From: Candidatus Poribacteria bacterium
Lineage (GTDB): Bacteria; Poribacteria; WGA-4E; WGA-3G
Assembly (NCBI GenBank): GCA_965205015.1
Contig: OZ242029.1
Location: 2,944,001-3,008,000, forward strand
Direction of reading: 5' to 3'
Length of the DNA stretch: 64,000 nt
Made by a program: the position numbers and the translations under genes. The notes under the pieces are model-generated. The model saw only the letters and a program-made list of their open reading frames with translations. It searched no databases and had not been told where the DNA came from. Of the stretch, positions 43,756-52,321 are shown one piece after another (position 1 is the first letter of the stretch; each line of letters opens with the position of its first letter).

Positions 43756-45267
43756 CTACACCTCACTCCTAACGAAAATGAGAAATATCACAATGAAAAG
43801 TGTGAGGTTCATCAGGAACAAAAGGCAGACATCTGGTAAGGCTCGCTTAGCATTCACATTCACATCGACCCTTTGAAAAGAAAACTGCGGTAGATTGCTC
43901 CACTCTGGGGCACCTTTGTCGGCAGAAAACCACTGTCGAGATCTGAATATCTCTTCATCATAGAAATAGTCAATAACGCGCTGTCTGTGTCGTCTCACAG
44001 CGTCGAAAAAGTCTCTGATGCCGAGCAGATCGGTGCCAGCCCAGGCTTGTGTTGCGGCATCATATAGCCCCACAGGCGAGAGTTTCAGATAGCGTCGCTC
44101 CACATTTGCGGGTTGAATGAAAATGTCTTCCAATGCGGGGTTTCGGATGAACCATGTTTCGTCTGCTGTCCCGACAACCTGGGGTCCGAGGAATCCGAAA
44201 TAATTTTGGGCGTACGGAACCTTGGGCTCCGCTTCCTTGTTTAGCGAGTCCGCCTCCATTGTGCTTTCGTAGATATAGAATAGGCGATCAAGGTCTCCCC
44301 AAAGATATGCGCCGTACCACCCACTCCCCATAATTTTAAAATGCCAGTCTTCCCCAGGGAGCGCGTCGCTGGCGAGGAAGTGTTTCCGTTCTCTGTCAAA
44401 TTCCTCCCACATCTGTTCAATTTGGCTAAAAGCAGATGCCGCACGCGTCTGTGGGGTCTCCGGTCGCGGGACCACGGCAAGAATCATATTCGGATAGACG
44501 AGGACTAAGAACCCCCAAACGAACATGGAGAGCATCAATGCGGTACTCGTTCGACGGGTCGCCGCCGAGATCAGCATGCCGATGAGATAGAATACGGAAA
44601 GATACACAACGGTTGTAAAAATAATCCCGCCAATCCGTAGAAAATCATCGGTGTTCAGAGAAATGAAGGGGGTCGTCGTGAGCAAGATGACTGAAAGGAG
44701 CAGGCTTATGAGCAATGGGGCGAGTAAGCAGAGCATCGCACTGATGTACTTCGCAAGTAAGATATGTCCGCGACGGACGTGCGATGTCAAGAGCAGACGT
44801 AATGTGCCGCGCTCGTATTCTCCCGCGAGCGTGTCGTAGGCAAAAATCAGTGATAGTAAACTCAGGATTACTTCAAAGATAAAGACAATATCCATGGACG
44901 CGAACATATCCATAAACGGATTATCCGAGCCATGCATTCCGGCATCCCACAGCGATGGAACATACGTATGTGATACCCGTGCCTCGTTTCCGAGCTGCTT
45001 ATCGAATCCGACATTGAAAATGCTTAACGGGTTCGGGGACCGGTCGACAAATAATTTCTCTGTCCCCGCGGAATATGTTTTTTTCTCCTCAAGTTGCCGC
45101 TGATGTTCTTTGACGGCAGCGTTATGGCTTGCCAAGCGTTGCTCGTGGTCCTTGATGAGTACCATAGTATTTGCAAGGACAAGCAGCAACATGATGAAGA
45201 CGGCTGCTGCGAAACGGAATGTCATTAGATTGTCGAGGAGTTCTCGGCGGATGAGTGTTGTTAGCAT
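43756..45267 (-). CDS. ABC-2 type transporter permease (type A of pair 3)
   Basis: MLTTLIRRELLDNL, FAYDTLAGEYERGTLRL. Confidence 0.85.
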   Translation of the reverse strand: MLTTLIRRELLDNLMTFRFAAAVFIMLLLVLANTMVLIKDHEQRLASHNAAVKEHQRQLEEKKTYSAGTEKLFVDRSPNPLSIFNVGFDKQLGNEARVSHTYVPSLWDAGMHGSDNPFMDMFASMDIVFIFEVILSLLSLIFAYDTLAGEYERGTLRLLLTSHVRRGHILLAKYISAMLCLLAPLLISLLLSVILLTTTPFISLNTDDFLRIGGIIFTTVVYLSVFYLIGMLISAATRRTSTALMLSMFVWGFLVLVYPNMILAVVPRPETPQTRAASAFSQIEQMWEEFDRERKHFLASDALPGEDWHFKIMGSGWYGAYLWGDLDRLFYIYESTMEADSLNKEAEPKVPYAQNYFGFLGPQVVGTADETWFIRNPALEDIFIQPANVERRYLKLSPVGLYDAATQAWAGTDLLGIRDFFDAVRRHRQRVIDYFYDEEIFRSRQWFSADKGAPEWSNLPQFSFQRVDVNVNAKRALPDVCLLFLMNLTLFIVIFLIFVRSEV

Positions 45268-45429
45268 AATTATCCTTCAATGCGTACGCGTATCTATTTT
45301 ACCATTACTCGCTTTTGGATGCACCCGTGAGGATTTCATTCCAATCCCACAAGAGAATTGTGCCATCTGCCCCCGTGCTGACGAGCGTTTTACCATCAGA
45401 TGAAAATGCTTAGGTAATGCGGAAGTGGA

Positions 45430-46131
45430 TTAATGCATAGTTTGCATTCTCATATAGGAATCGGCATTTTCAAAGTCTTCAGGTGTGTTGATGTTGAAAA
45501 AGGACATGCCCTTCGGATCGAACGCCTGCCAGACTTCAGGCGAAATACGCTTTATGTGTGCGCGTTCCTGTAAAGCATGGACACGCAACTCGGAGTCCCG
45601 TAGCATTGACTCGATGATAGGCAGACATCTTTTGGAATAGGCAGCGCACAACGTTTGGAGAGTTATCTGACTGTTGTCGGAGGGGTGTGTAACCCCGGTG
45701 TCCTTGTTACGGCAGAACGGCGTCTGCCTACTACTGTAAGTATAGGGCATTACTGCATCATATTCACCCAAGACGGAAGCGAGATAGGCGAGTAGGTTGG
45801 GATTTAAAAATGGACTATCGCACGCAACACAGAGCATAGTATTTTGCGAAGCGTGTGTCAAACCGGTATAGATGCCTCCTAACGCACCGGTGTCCGGAAT
45901 AATATCACCGTGCATCGGTACACGGAGGTGCGTATATTCAGCAGGACTATTGGTGATAAGCAGAAGTTCGTCAACAACGCGGCGCATGCGACGGATAACA
46001 TGTCCGATGAGCGAATTGTCTCCGAGCTGCATCAACGCCTTATTCGCTCCCATCCGCCGACTCTTACCACCGGCGAGGATAACACCCGTGACCGGAAATG
46101 GATTTTTATGCACGTCCAACGACATCGACAA
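45430..46131 (-). CDS. mobA: Molybdenum cofactor guanylyltransferase
   Basis: ILAGGKSRRMG.NKA, GALGGIYTGL, ACDSPF, FFNINTPED. Confidence 0.93.
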   Translation of the reverse strand: MSMSLDVHKNPFPVTGVILAGGKSRRMGANKALMQLGDNSLIGHVIRRMRRVVDELLLITNSPAEYTHLRVPMHGDIIPDTGALGGIYTGLTHASQNTMLCVACDSPFLNPNLLAYLASVLGEYDAVMPYTYSSRQTPFCRNKDTGVTHPSDNSQITLQTLCAAYSKRCLPIIESMLRDSELRVHALQERAHIKRISPEVWQAFDPKGMSFFNINTPEDFENADSYMRMQTMH

Positions 46132-47302
46132 TTAACTCACCTACCTGTTGTAGACTTTTCGTGTTGAGCAGATCACACTTATCTCGTTCCGAATGGATTT
46201 TTAATGCAACACGTCCCACCTCTCCCGCTGTCAACGTAACCGTCTCAAATCCGTGGCTTGCAATGGGGATACTGTCCAATCCTACACCGATTGGTAGGTG
46301 ACGTTCCAAAACCTGTATGCCGAGTGCTTTGCCTGATGTTCGGAACATCTCAGCTAACATATCTGCGGTGTGAACCGTCGGGATTCCATAGCGTGTAACG
46401 ACGCTAACGGCGTTGCCAACGCCGAGTCCGTCTAAGTTGATTACATAGGTATTTTCTTGATCATATTCACGAGCGTGTTTTTGGACGTAGCGTAATGCGC
46501 CGCACATGCCGTATTCTTCCGCACCAGCGGCAAGGAATGTAATAGATTTTTTTTCGCCGCGCGCCATCACCACACGCGCGATTTCAAGCATAACGCCAAC
46601 GCCGGAGGCATTATCAAAACCGCCAGGAGAGCGGTTCTGCGTGAAATTGATTTGCAGAAGTAGCAAACAAAGTATCGTTATTCCAGCGACACTCCAGACA
46701 ATGGCAATGGAATCGGGGAACCAGACGCGGGTGATGTAATCGGGGAACCAAGCGAGGGTAGCGACCTCAATCACCATTACAGTTGTCAATGCAATAAGTC
46801 CGACAATCGCGATACCGTAAGCCACTGCTCGGACGGCAATCGACAATACCTGTGATTTGGAGTCATAGTGTGCAACAAATAGGAGGGCAGGCGTATTATC
46901 ATTCGGTTTCCTACCGTTTGTTGCAACAATGTTCTCCGACTCATACTTTCTGCCCACATTATATAGCCCTTCAAACCGTCTCTGCCACTGCATAAAAAGC
47001 AACGCCACGGAGAGACTGAGTAGACAAGCGAGACATACAGGGATCGGAAACCCTTCACCCAGCCACGGGACAGAAAGGACTACTGGAACGAAGAGACCGC
47101 AAAGCAGACGCGGTAACACCTCCGCGGGGAACTTCGTAAAAGAAAAAGATTCTCGTGAGACATCCAACCCCAACGCTGTGAATTGCTGGACGATGTAGTC
47201 TTGCGCCTTCGCTTCACCCAGGCTGCCCACCAGTCTCGGAAAGGTAAGTTGCGCGATGTGATGGTAGGCACGCTTTGCGTCATAAGTCAGGTTTATATCC
47301 AT
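46106..47302 (-). CDS. Membrane-associated M28 family metallopeptidase
   Basis: AHYDS, DNASGV, AEEYG, NLDG, IHS ligands; two inserted TM hairpins. Confidence 0.85.
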   Translation of the reverse strand: MDINLTYDAKRAYHHIAQLTFPRLVGSLGEAKAQDYIVQQFTALGLDVSRESFSFTKFPAEVLPRLLCGLFVPVVLSVPWLGEGFPIPVCLACLLSLSVALLFMQWQRRFEGLYNVGRKYESENIVATNGRKPNDNTPALLFVAHYDSKSQVLSIAVRAVAYGIAIVGLIALTTVMVIEVATLAWFPDYITRVWFPDSIAIVWSVAGITILCLLLLQINFTQNRSPGGFDNASGVGVMLEIARVVMARGEKKSITFLAAGAEEYGMCGALRYVQKHAREYDQENTYVINLDGLGVGNAVSVVTRYGIPTVHTADMLAEMFRTSGKALGIQVLERHLPIGVGLDSIPIASHGFETVTLTAGEVGRVALKIHSERDKCDLLNTKSLQQVGELIVDVVGRA

Positions 47303-47312
47303 CCGAATTGAT

Positions 47313-48692
47313 TCAATCTGTGCCCAACTCCACTTGGAAGCGCCTTGCCAGACGACCCCTGAGTGTCCGAGCGATTTCACGTTCCGATTCAGCGATGTTG
47401 TGGAGCTCGCACGGATCGTTCTCTAAATCGTATAACTCTGTCACATCGCTGTAGTTCTCGATGAGTTTGTGTGTCGCCGTCCGAATACACCGGAAGTTTC
47501 GGAGGGCACTCACTGTCTCGGTGCGGTGCGTCTCAATTTCACCACGAAGCACAGGCGCGAGGGACCTCGCGTCAATCCGTGGTAACACAGGTACACCTAC
47601 TAACTCACATATCGTCGGATTCAGATCAATCAACTCGACCAAACTCTCCGAAATCTGGTTCCCCGCAATGCCGGGTCCAGCAACGATGAGTGGCACTCTC
47701 AGGGACGCTTCATAGGCAACGCTTTTGGTGTAAAGTCCGTGGTCGCCGAGCATTTCCCCGTGATCGCTTGAATAGATGATATAGGTGTTATCGAGCATCC
47801 CACGGTGTTCAAGTGCGCGAAGCATTTCCCCGATCTGGTCATCAATCAATTCCGTTGCGGCGCAGTACTGCTGTCGCGTGAGAGTAATCTCCTCGGGACC
47901 AATATCAACGACGCGTCGTCTCACCCATTCGGGTTTTCCTTCCATATTATCAACGATGGCGGGAGGCATCTCTGCATTCCGATACTTATCCCCATATTCA
48001 GTGGGTGGATCGAAGGGATCGTGTGGTCCGACGAAACTCACGAACATATGCCATGGGAAATCATCAGGGATGTTCTCAATAAACGCAGTTGCCCGTCTGC
48101 CGATATAGGTATCGGCAAAATCTTCTGTTGAGAGGACGGAATCGTGAGAACCCTCTTTAATCCAACCCCCGCTACTGCGTTTCTGATAATCTTCGTGGAA
48201 CGCTTTGAGCATCCCTTTTTCTTCAAGATAGTGCGTGTAAGGACCGATGGGTGTTGGTGAACTTCCTGCATGCATTTTGCCTTCACACTCTTCAGGATGT
48301 GTGAAACCCCAGCTATAAGTGCGTGGACGGTCGCCGTAGCGTCCGTTATAGCCATCGGGTTTGGCGAGATCGAGTTTACCAACACATCCGACGCGATAGC
48401 CGTGGTCGCGGAGTTGCTGATAGTAGGTCGGCACGGTGGCGGGTAGGAAGCTTCCGTTATCTACGGCTCCCACTCGTGAGGGTTGCAATCCCGATGCGAG
48501 CGCGATACGTGAGGGCGCACAGACTGGGGCGTTCACTGTGCAGTTTGGAAAACTCACACCCGTTTCTGCCAAGTGTCGTAAGTTTGGGGTATTGAGTGCG
48601 GTGGGTGCATTCTCAACTGTCTCCAAATAATCGTATCGGTGCTGGTCTGACATGATGAAAAGAACGTTCGGTCTATCAGTTTTTCGAGTCAT
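47313..48692 (-). CDS. Sulfatase (Cys-type, formylglycine-dependent)
   Basis: RPNVLFIMSDQHR, CAPSR signature, PHDPF, SDHGEMLGDHG, ELYDLENDP. Confidence 0.93.
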   Translation of the reverse strand: MTRKTDRPNVLFIMSDQHRYDYLETVENAPTALNTPNLRHLAETGVSFPNCTVNAPVCAPSRIALASGLQPSRVGAVDNGSFLPATVPTYYQQLRDHGYRVGCVGKLDLAKPDGYNGRYGDRPRTYSWGFTHPEECEGKMHAGSSPTPIGPYTHYLEEKGMLKAFHEDYQKRSSGGWIKEGSHDSVLSTEDFADTYIGRRATAFIENIPDDFPWHMFVSFVGPHDPFDPPTEYGDKYRNAEMPPAIVDNMEGKPEWVRRRVVDIGPEEITLTRQQYCAATELIDDQIGEMLRALEHRGMLDNTYIIYSSDHGEMLGDHGLYTKSVAYEASLRVPLIVAGPGIAGNQISESLVELIDLNPTICELVGVPVLPRIDARSLAPVLRGEIETHRTETVSALRNFRCIRTATHKLIENYSDVTELYDLENDPCELHNIAESEREIARTLRGRLARRFQVELGTD

Positions 48693-48750
48693 TTCCCCTC
48701 CATTTCACATAAAGGCTTTTTTAATTTTAGTTCCATACCTATCGCTATAC

Positions 48751-49356
48751 TTAATTCACAACTACATAAATAGTTTCACCAAGTTCTTGAATGAAGTTAA
48801 TTGCCTTCACCGAATCTGAAGAAGAAATGCCCCAGCGATTCCCTGGACTGCTAGGATCCAAGTCTGACTCATGTACAATCTGATTTCGCCGATTAAGGAT
48901 CAGTTGGAGTTGATTTTTCACATCCTCAACCTTTAAGTTGAGTTCTAACGCAACAGAGTCCCACAATCTACAAGTAGAGAAAAGCCGGATCGCATCGGCT
49001 ATTTTATCAGGATGTTGAAACGGCAGGTGGCCGTGGTTGCGGCGAATTTCCTCATCAAGCCATCTGTTATCACCTTGTGCCGCGGCAATCCCTTGTAATG
49101 TTGCTTCCATCTTAATCTGAAAACGCAAAAAGGCAGGCGTTTGAGGGCGTTTGCCATCATAAACTTCCAGCATGCCAACTCGCGTGATTCCGTGTATGTA
49201 GTGGTCAAGTGCACTGACAGCCATAACGATTTGAGAGCGTAACAAGTCTGTCAAATCCAGAGCAGAAATTATCTGTTGACTGAATATATCATATAACGCC
49301 CCCAAGGTTTGAACCCGTTCAATATCATCACGAAATTGTTGAAGAATATCAAGCAT
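48751..49356 (-). CDS. HEPN-domain protein (RiboL-PSP-HEPN-like)
   Basis: DLLRSQIVMAVSALDHYIH and RRNQIVH (Rx4H) motifs; start overlaps the upstream ParA stop. Confidence 0.75.
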   Translation of the reverse strand: MLDILQQFRDDIERVQTLGALYDIFSQQIISALDLTDLLRSQIVMAVSALDHYIHGITRVGMLEVYDGKRPQTPAFLRFQIKMEATLQGIAAAQGDNRWLDEEIRRNHGHLPFQHPDKIADAIRLFSTCRLWDSVALELNLKVEDVKNQLQLILNRRNQIVHESDLDPSSPGNRWGISSSDSVKAINFIQELGETIYVVVN

Positions 49357-50446
49357 TTTCAATGAGCACCATTATCCTATCAACGCCTTCAGAATAGAGT
49401 TTTTGGAATCGATGCATAGATTTTTTTGTTTGCTCAAGCACCTCACCTGCATGTTCAAGCTGTGTGTCCGTCAATTCAAAAATTGGGGCTTTATGTTCTT
49501 GTGAACGAGCGATAAGACTATTGTAATCTGGCATCTGAAGAATTGGTTTTCCTAAGGATTCCTCTGAAAACAGAGTCTGTTGATTTGGTTCACGTAACAT
49601 TACTTTCTCATATAACTCAATGGGAAGTAACATATCGTTTTTCTTTAAGACAGGTAGGAGACTCGTCTTGACAGCTAGCTCTATAGCATCAATCCATTTT
49701 TGAAATGCAGCAGTAGGTTTCTTGTTTCTAACCCGATAATTCTGAACGATTGTACCGAGAAATTTGGGAATTTTATCTGGGAAAGGATAAGTTGCTTCCC
49801 TTAGAATTGGTAACGCTCTCCCCTGTCTCGACCACGCTGCCCATTGGATCAAAATTGAAGCGAGACTCTCCGCCGCCATGACCGAGAAATAATCAGGAAA
49901 CATCGGAACAAGAAAAAAGTCACTCGTCATCAGCAAATTTCGGTTGATTGCACCTAAACTAGGTCCCATGTCTACAAGTATGAAATCTACATCGTACTTT
50001 TTGGCAGTTTCCATAAAAAGATAATTTAGCGAACCAGGCAAATTCTGGAGACTAGGGAGTGAACCAGACAGTTCTTGAGCCATACCCAAAACGACCTCGT
50101 ATTCAGCAAACCGAATGTGCCCTGGTAACAGATACATATTAGGTTGTCCTTTAACTGGCTCACAGATTACTGGTTCAAGAAGCACGGGGCGAGATTCAAA
50201 AGCTGGAGCGAGCCCTCGGTAGATATCCCGCACTTCTTCTGACTCGTAAAGTGCTTGAAACCCTTCGCTAATCTTATATTTGTTCCCCCTGAGTCCAAAG
50301 ACCATTCCTGTTAGATTACACTGCGGGTCACAGTCAACAAGCATAACCGTTTTGCCTTTATTTGCCAGCATCCACCCTAAGTTGAATGTTGTCGTTGTTT
50401 TGCTGACACCGCCTTTGTGGTTGAAAAGCGCGATTTGTTTCGTCAT
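49349..50446 (-). CDS. ParA/Soj-like ATPase (long, orphan type)
   Basis: FNHKGGVSKTT deviant Walker A, DCDPQCNLT, VDMGPSLG; no parB nearby. Confidence 0.88.
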   Translation of the reverse strand: MTKQIALFNHKGGVSKTTTTFNLGWMLANKGKTVMLVDCDPQCNLTGMVFGLRGNKYKISEGFQALYESEEVRDIYRGLAPAFESRPVLLEPVICEPVKGQPNMYLLPGHIRFAEYEVVLGMAQELSGSLPSLQNLPGSLNYLFMETAKKYDVDFILVDMGPSLGAINRNLLMTSDFFLVPMFPDYFSVMAAESLASILIQWAAWSRQGRALPILREATYPFPDKIPKFLGTIVQNYRVRNKKPTAAFQKWIDAIELAVKTSLLPVLKKNDMLLPIELYEKVMLREPNQQTLFSEESLGKPILQMPDYNSLIARSQEHKAPIFELTDTQLEHAGEVLEQTKKSMHRFQKLYSEGVDRIMVLIENA

Positions 50447-50500
50447 CTAATATCTCCTCAGGTATGGACAATGTGATTATTAAGTCTAACCCTTTCAATT

Positions 50501-50529
50501 ATTATACACAGGATCGTGGTGATTCTCAA
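50501..50529 (-). promoter_or_regulatory. Sigma70 promoter of ParA-HEPN operon
   Basis: TTGAGA-17 nt-TATAAT. Confidence 0.65.
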
Positions 50530-50583
50530 TTAAAAAATCGCTGTTGATTCGCATAGAGTGTTCCTAAAAACATTCTCAAGGTC

Positions 50584-50612
50584 TTGCCATAATTTACCGG
50601 GTATGCTATGAT
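50584..50612 (+). promoter_or_regulatory. Sigma70 promoter of glyoxalase gene
   Basis: TTGCCA-17 nt-TATGAT with extended -10 TG. Confidence 0.6.
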
Positions 50613-50642
50613 GTGCCCATAATTCTCAAAAAGGAGGCTCAC

Positions 50643-51065
50643 ATGGCAGTTTTTTTACATACACGGGTTCGCGTCAGCGACCTTGACGGTTCCATCAATT
50701 GGTATTGCGATCACATGGGGTTCAAAGTCCTCAGTCGGAGCGATAAATCTCCGGCGGGCAACCAGATCGTGCATCTTGAACTCCCGGGCAATGCCCACAC
50801 CTTAGAGTTAACCTATTCACCGGACTTCGATCTTCAGGTGCAAGAGGATCTGATGCATTTTGCGATCGGGGTTCCAGATATTGTCGAATTTTGCGATGGG
50901 TTAGAAAAGGCAGGGTTGGAAATTTGGCCCGATGAATGGCGCGACCAATTCACATCAGGTGGAATGAAAATGGCATTCGTCACCGATCCTGATGGTTACG
51001 AGGTCGAAATTTTAGAACGTGCAGATGCCTCTGGCGATCCGCTCGATGTGCTTGACGAATCTTAA
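50643..51065 (+). CDS. gloA: VOC family / lactoylglutathione lyase (glyoxalase I)-like
   Basis: AGGAGG RBS; LHTRVRVSDL, LELTY, HFAIGV, FVTDPDGYEVEI. Confidence 0.8.
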   Translation: MAVFLHTRVRVSDLDGSINWYCDHMGFKVLSRSDKSPAGNQIVHLELPGNAHTLELTYSPDFDLQVQEDLMHFAIGVPDIVEFCDGLEKAGLEIWPDEWRDQFTSGGMKMAFVTDPDGYEVEILERADASGDPLDVLDES

Positions 51066-51075
51066 GTCGTAACGT

Positions 51076-51106
51076 GTAGGTTGGGTTGAACGCGGAGAAA
51101 CCCAAC
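51076..51106. repeat. GTAG-type REP hairpin between convergent genes
   Basis: GTAG-GTTGGGTT..AACCCAAC; interrupted inverted copy at 36300-36397. Confidence 0.6.
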
Positions 51107-51114
51107 AAAACCGA

Positions 51115-51930
51115 TTAGACATAGGGCCAAAATTGGTTCCATGCCGTCAGCCAATCTTTTGCTCGGCTTTCAACGGTGACGGGACCCGTTATTTCAACGC
51201 CTGTGCGTCCCTTGAATTCCGCGAGTTTATCGACGCTGGAGAGTTCAATTTTGATTGTCGTTGGTGCATCAGGGACATAAGGCTTCACCCGATTTAAATC
51301 CGTGAGAGCATCTCTCGCGGCGTCCTCAATCAATTGGCGGGCACGTACCGGTGGAAGTTGTCGCGCACTATATCGGCTTAGTCCGCGTTTAACAGCGACT
51401 GTGAGCAGTGCATCGCCGAGGAGTGCTTTCGCTTCTCGGCAGACTGCTACGTCGCCTGTGACCAATGCCACTGGCACTCCATAGGCACCGTTGAGCGCGG
51501 CATTCACGCCAGTCTCACCGACAAGGTCATCGTTGAACCAAAGGTTCCGATACTGCACGCTGGAAATCGTATGGCACAACACACCATCAGGTGTACCGTT
51601 GCGGGCATGCATACCGATGAGTAAGCACGCATCACAACCGTCCTTCCACATATCTTCGTAGCGTCCCCATCCGTGATGTGCTACCCACTCACAATCCGGG
51701 TGAATTTTATCTGGGATGAGCGAATTAAAGGTCCACCCTTGTCCTGCCCCGTGGCAATCTACAACGACAATCTCCGTTGCCCCTGCGGCTTTCGCGCCGC
51801 GCACGGCGGCGTTGATCTCCTCCGTATAGAGGTGTCGTCCTTCCTCAAACATCGCCGCGCCGCCGTTCACCTGCTCCCACACGACGATGCCGCTGACACC
51901 CTCCATATCCGACATGATGAGTACTCGCAT
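51115..51930 (-). CDS. M55 family D-aminopeptidase (DppA-like)
   Basis: SDMEG, VDCHG, IGMHA, LCHT, VTGD motifs. Confidence 0.92.
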   Translation of the reverse strand: MRVLIMSDMEGVSGIVVWEQVNGGAAMFEEGRHLYTEEINAAVRGAKAAGATEIVVVDCHGAGQGWTFNSLIPDKIHPDCEWVAHHGWGRYEDMWKDGCDACLLIGMHARNGTPDGVLCHTISSVQYRNLWFNDDLVGETGVNAALNGAYGVPVALVTGDVAVCREAKALLGDALLTVAVKRGLSRYSARQLPPVRARQLIEDAARDALTDLNRVKPYVPDAPTTIKIELSSVDKLAEFKGRTGVEITGPVTVESRAKDWLTAWNQFWPYV

Positions 51931-52222
51931 TGTTCTACTTCCTTTCTTTTGAGTTCGGGGGGTCCGTACTTACAGTATAAACATCTTACGCTTAAAATGC
52001 AAGAGGCAAATCGGTAGGGCTTAAGGGTATTCAGTTTTAGTTTTTTATAGATTTCCCGTAAGGTATCGCGAGTGGGAGGTCCGTTCTACAAGTATGTGTC
52101 CGGAATCGGAGTTCTCTCCTACAGAAGAACTCTGGTAGATTTTACAATTACTGATACATTCCAAAGCGGCGAGGTTAGGAAACCTCGTCAGCAAGGGTGG
52201 GTTTGCGCTGCTATTGAAATGT

Positions 52223-52251
52223 TTGACATACGTCTTCTGTTGTGATATAAT
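52223..52251 (+). promoter_or_regulatory. Consensus sigma70 promoter of argS
   Basis: TTGACA-17 nt-TATAAT. Confidence 0.85.
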
Positions 52252-52321
52252 TCTGTTGTTACAGAAAATACTTAACCTTATGAAGAAAAACTGATGGATA
52301 TATAATTTCAAGTTCACTCGT

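Noticed and set aside
46700-46755. Short coding duplication WFPDYITRV/WFPDSIAIV in the M28 peptidase
   Set aside because: Single degenerate 27-nt duplication in a loop between TMs; no sign of wider significance
49349-50446. Chromosome or plasmid partition locus
   Set aside because: No parB, parS-like palindrome or rep gene; the partner is a HEPN protein
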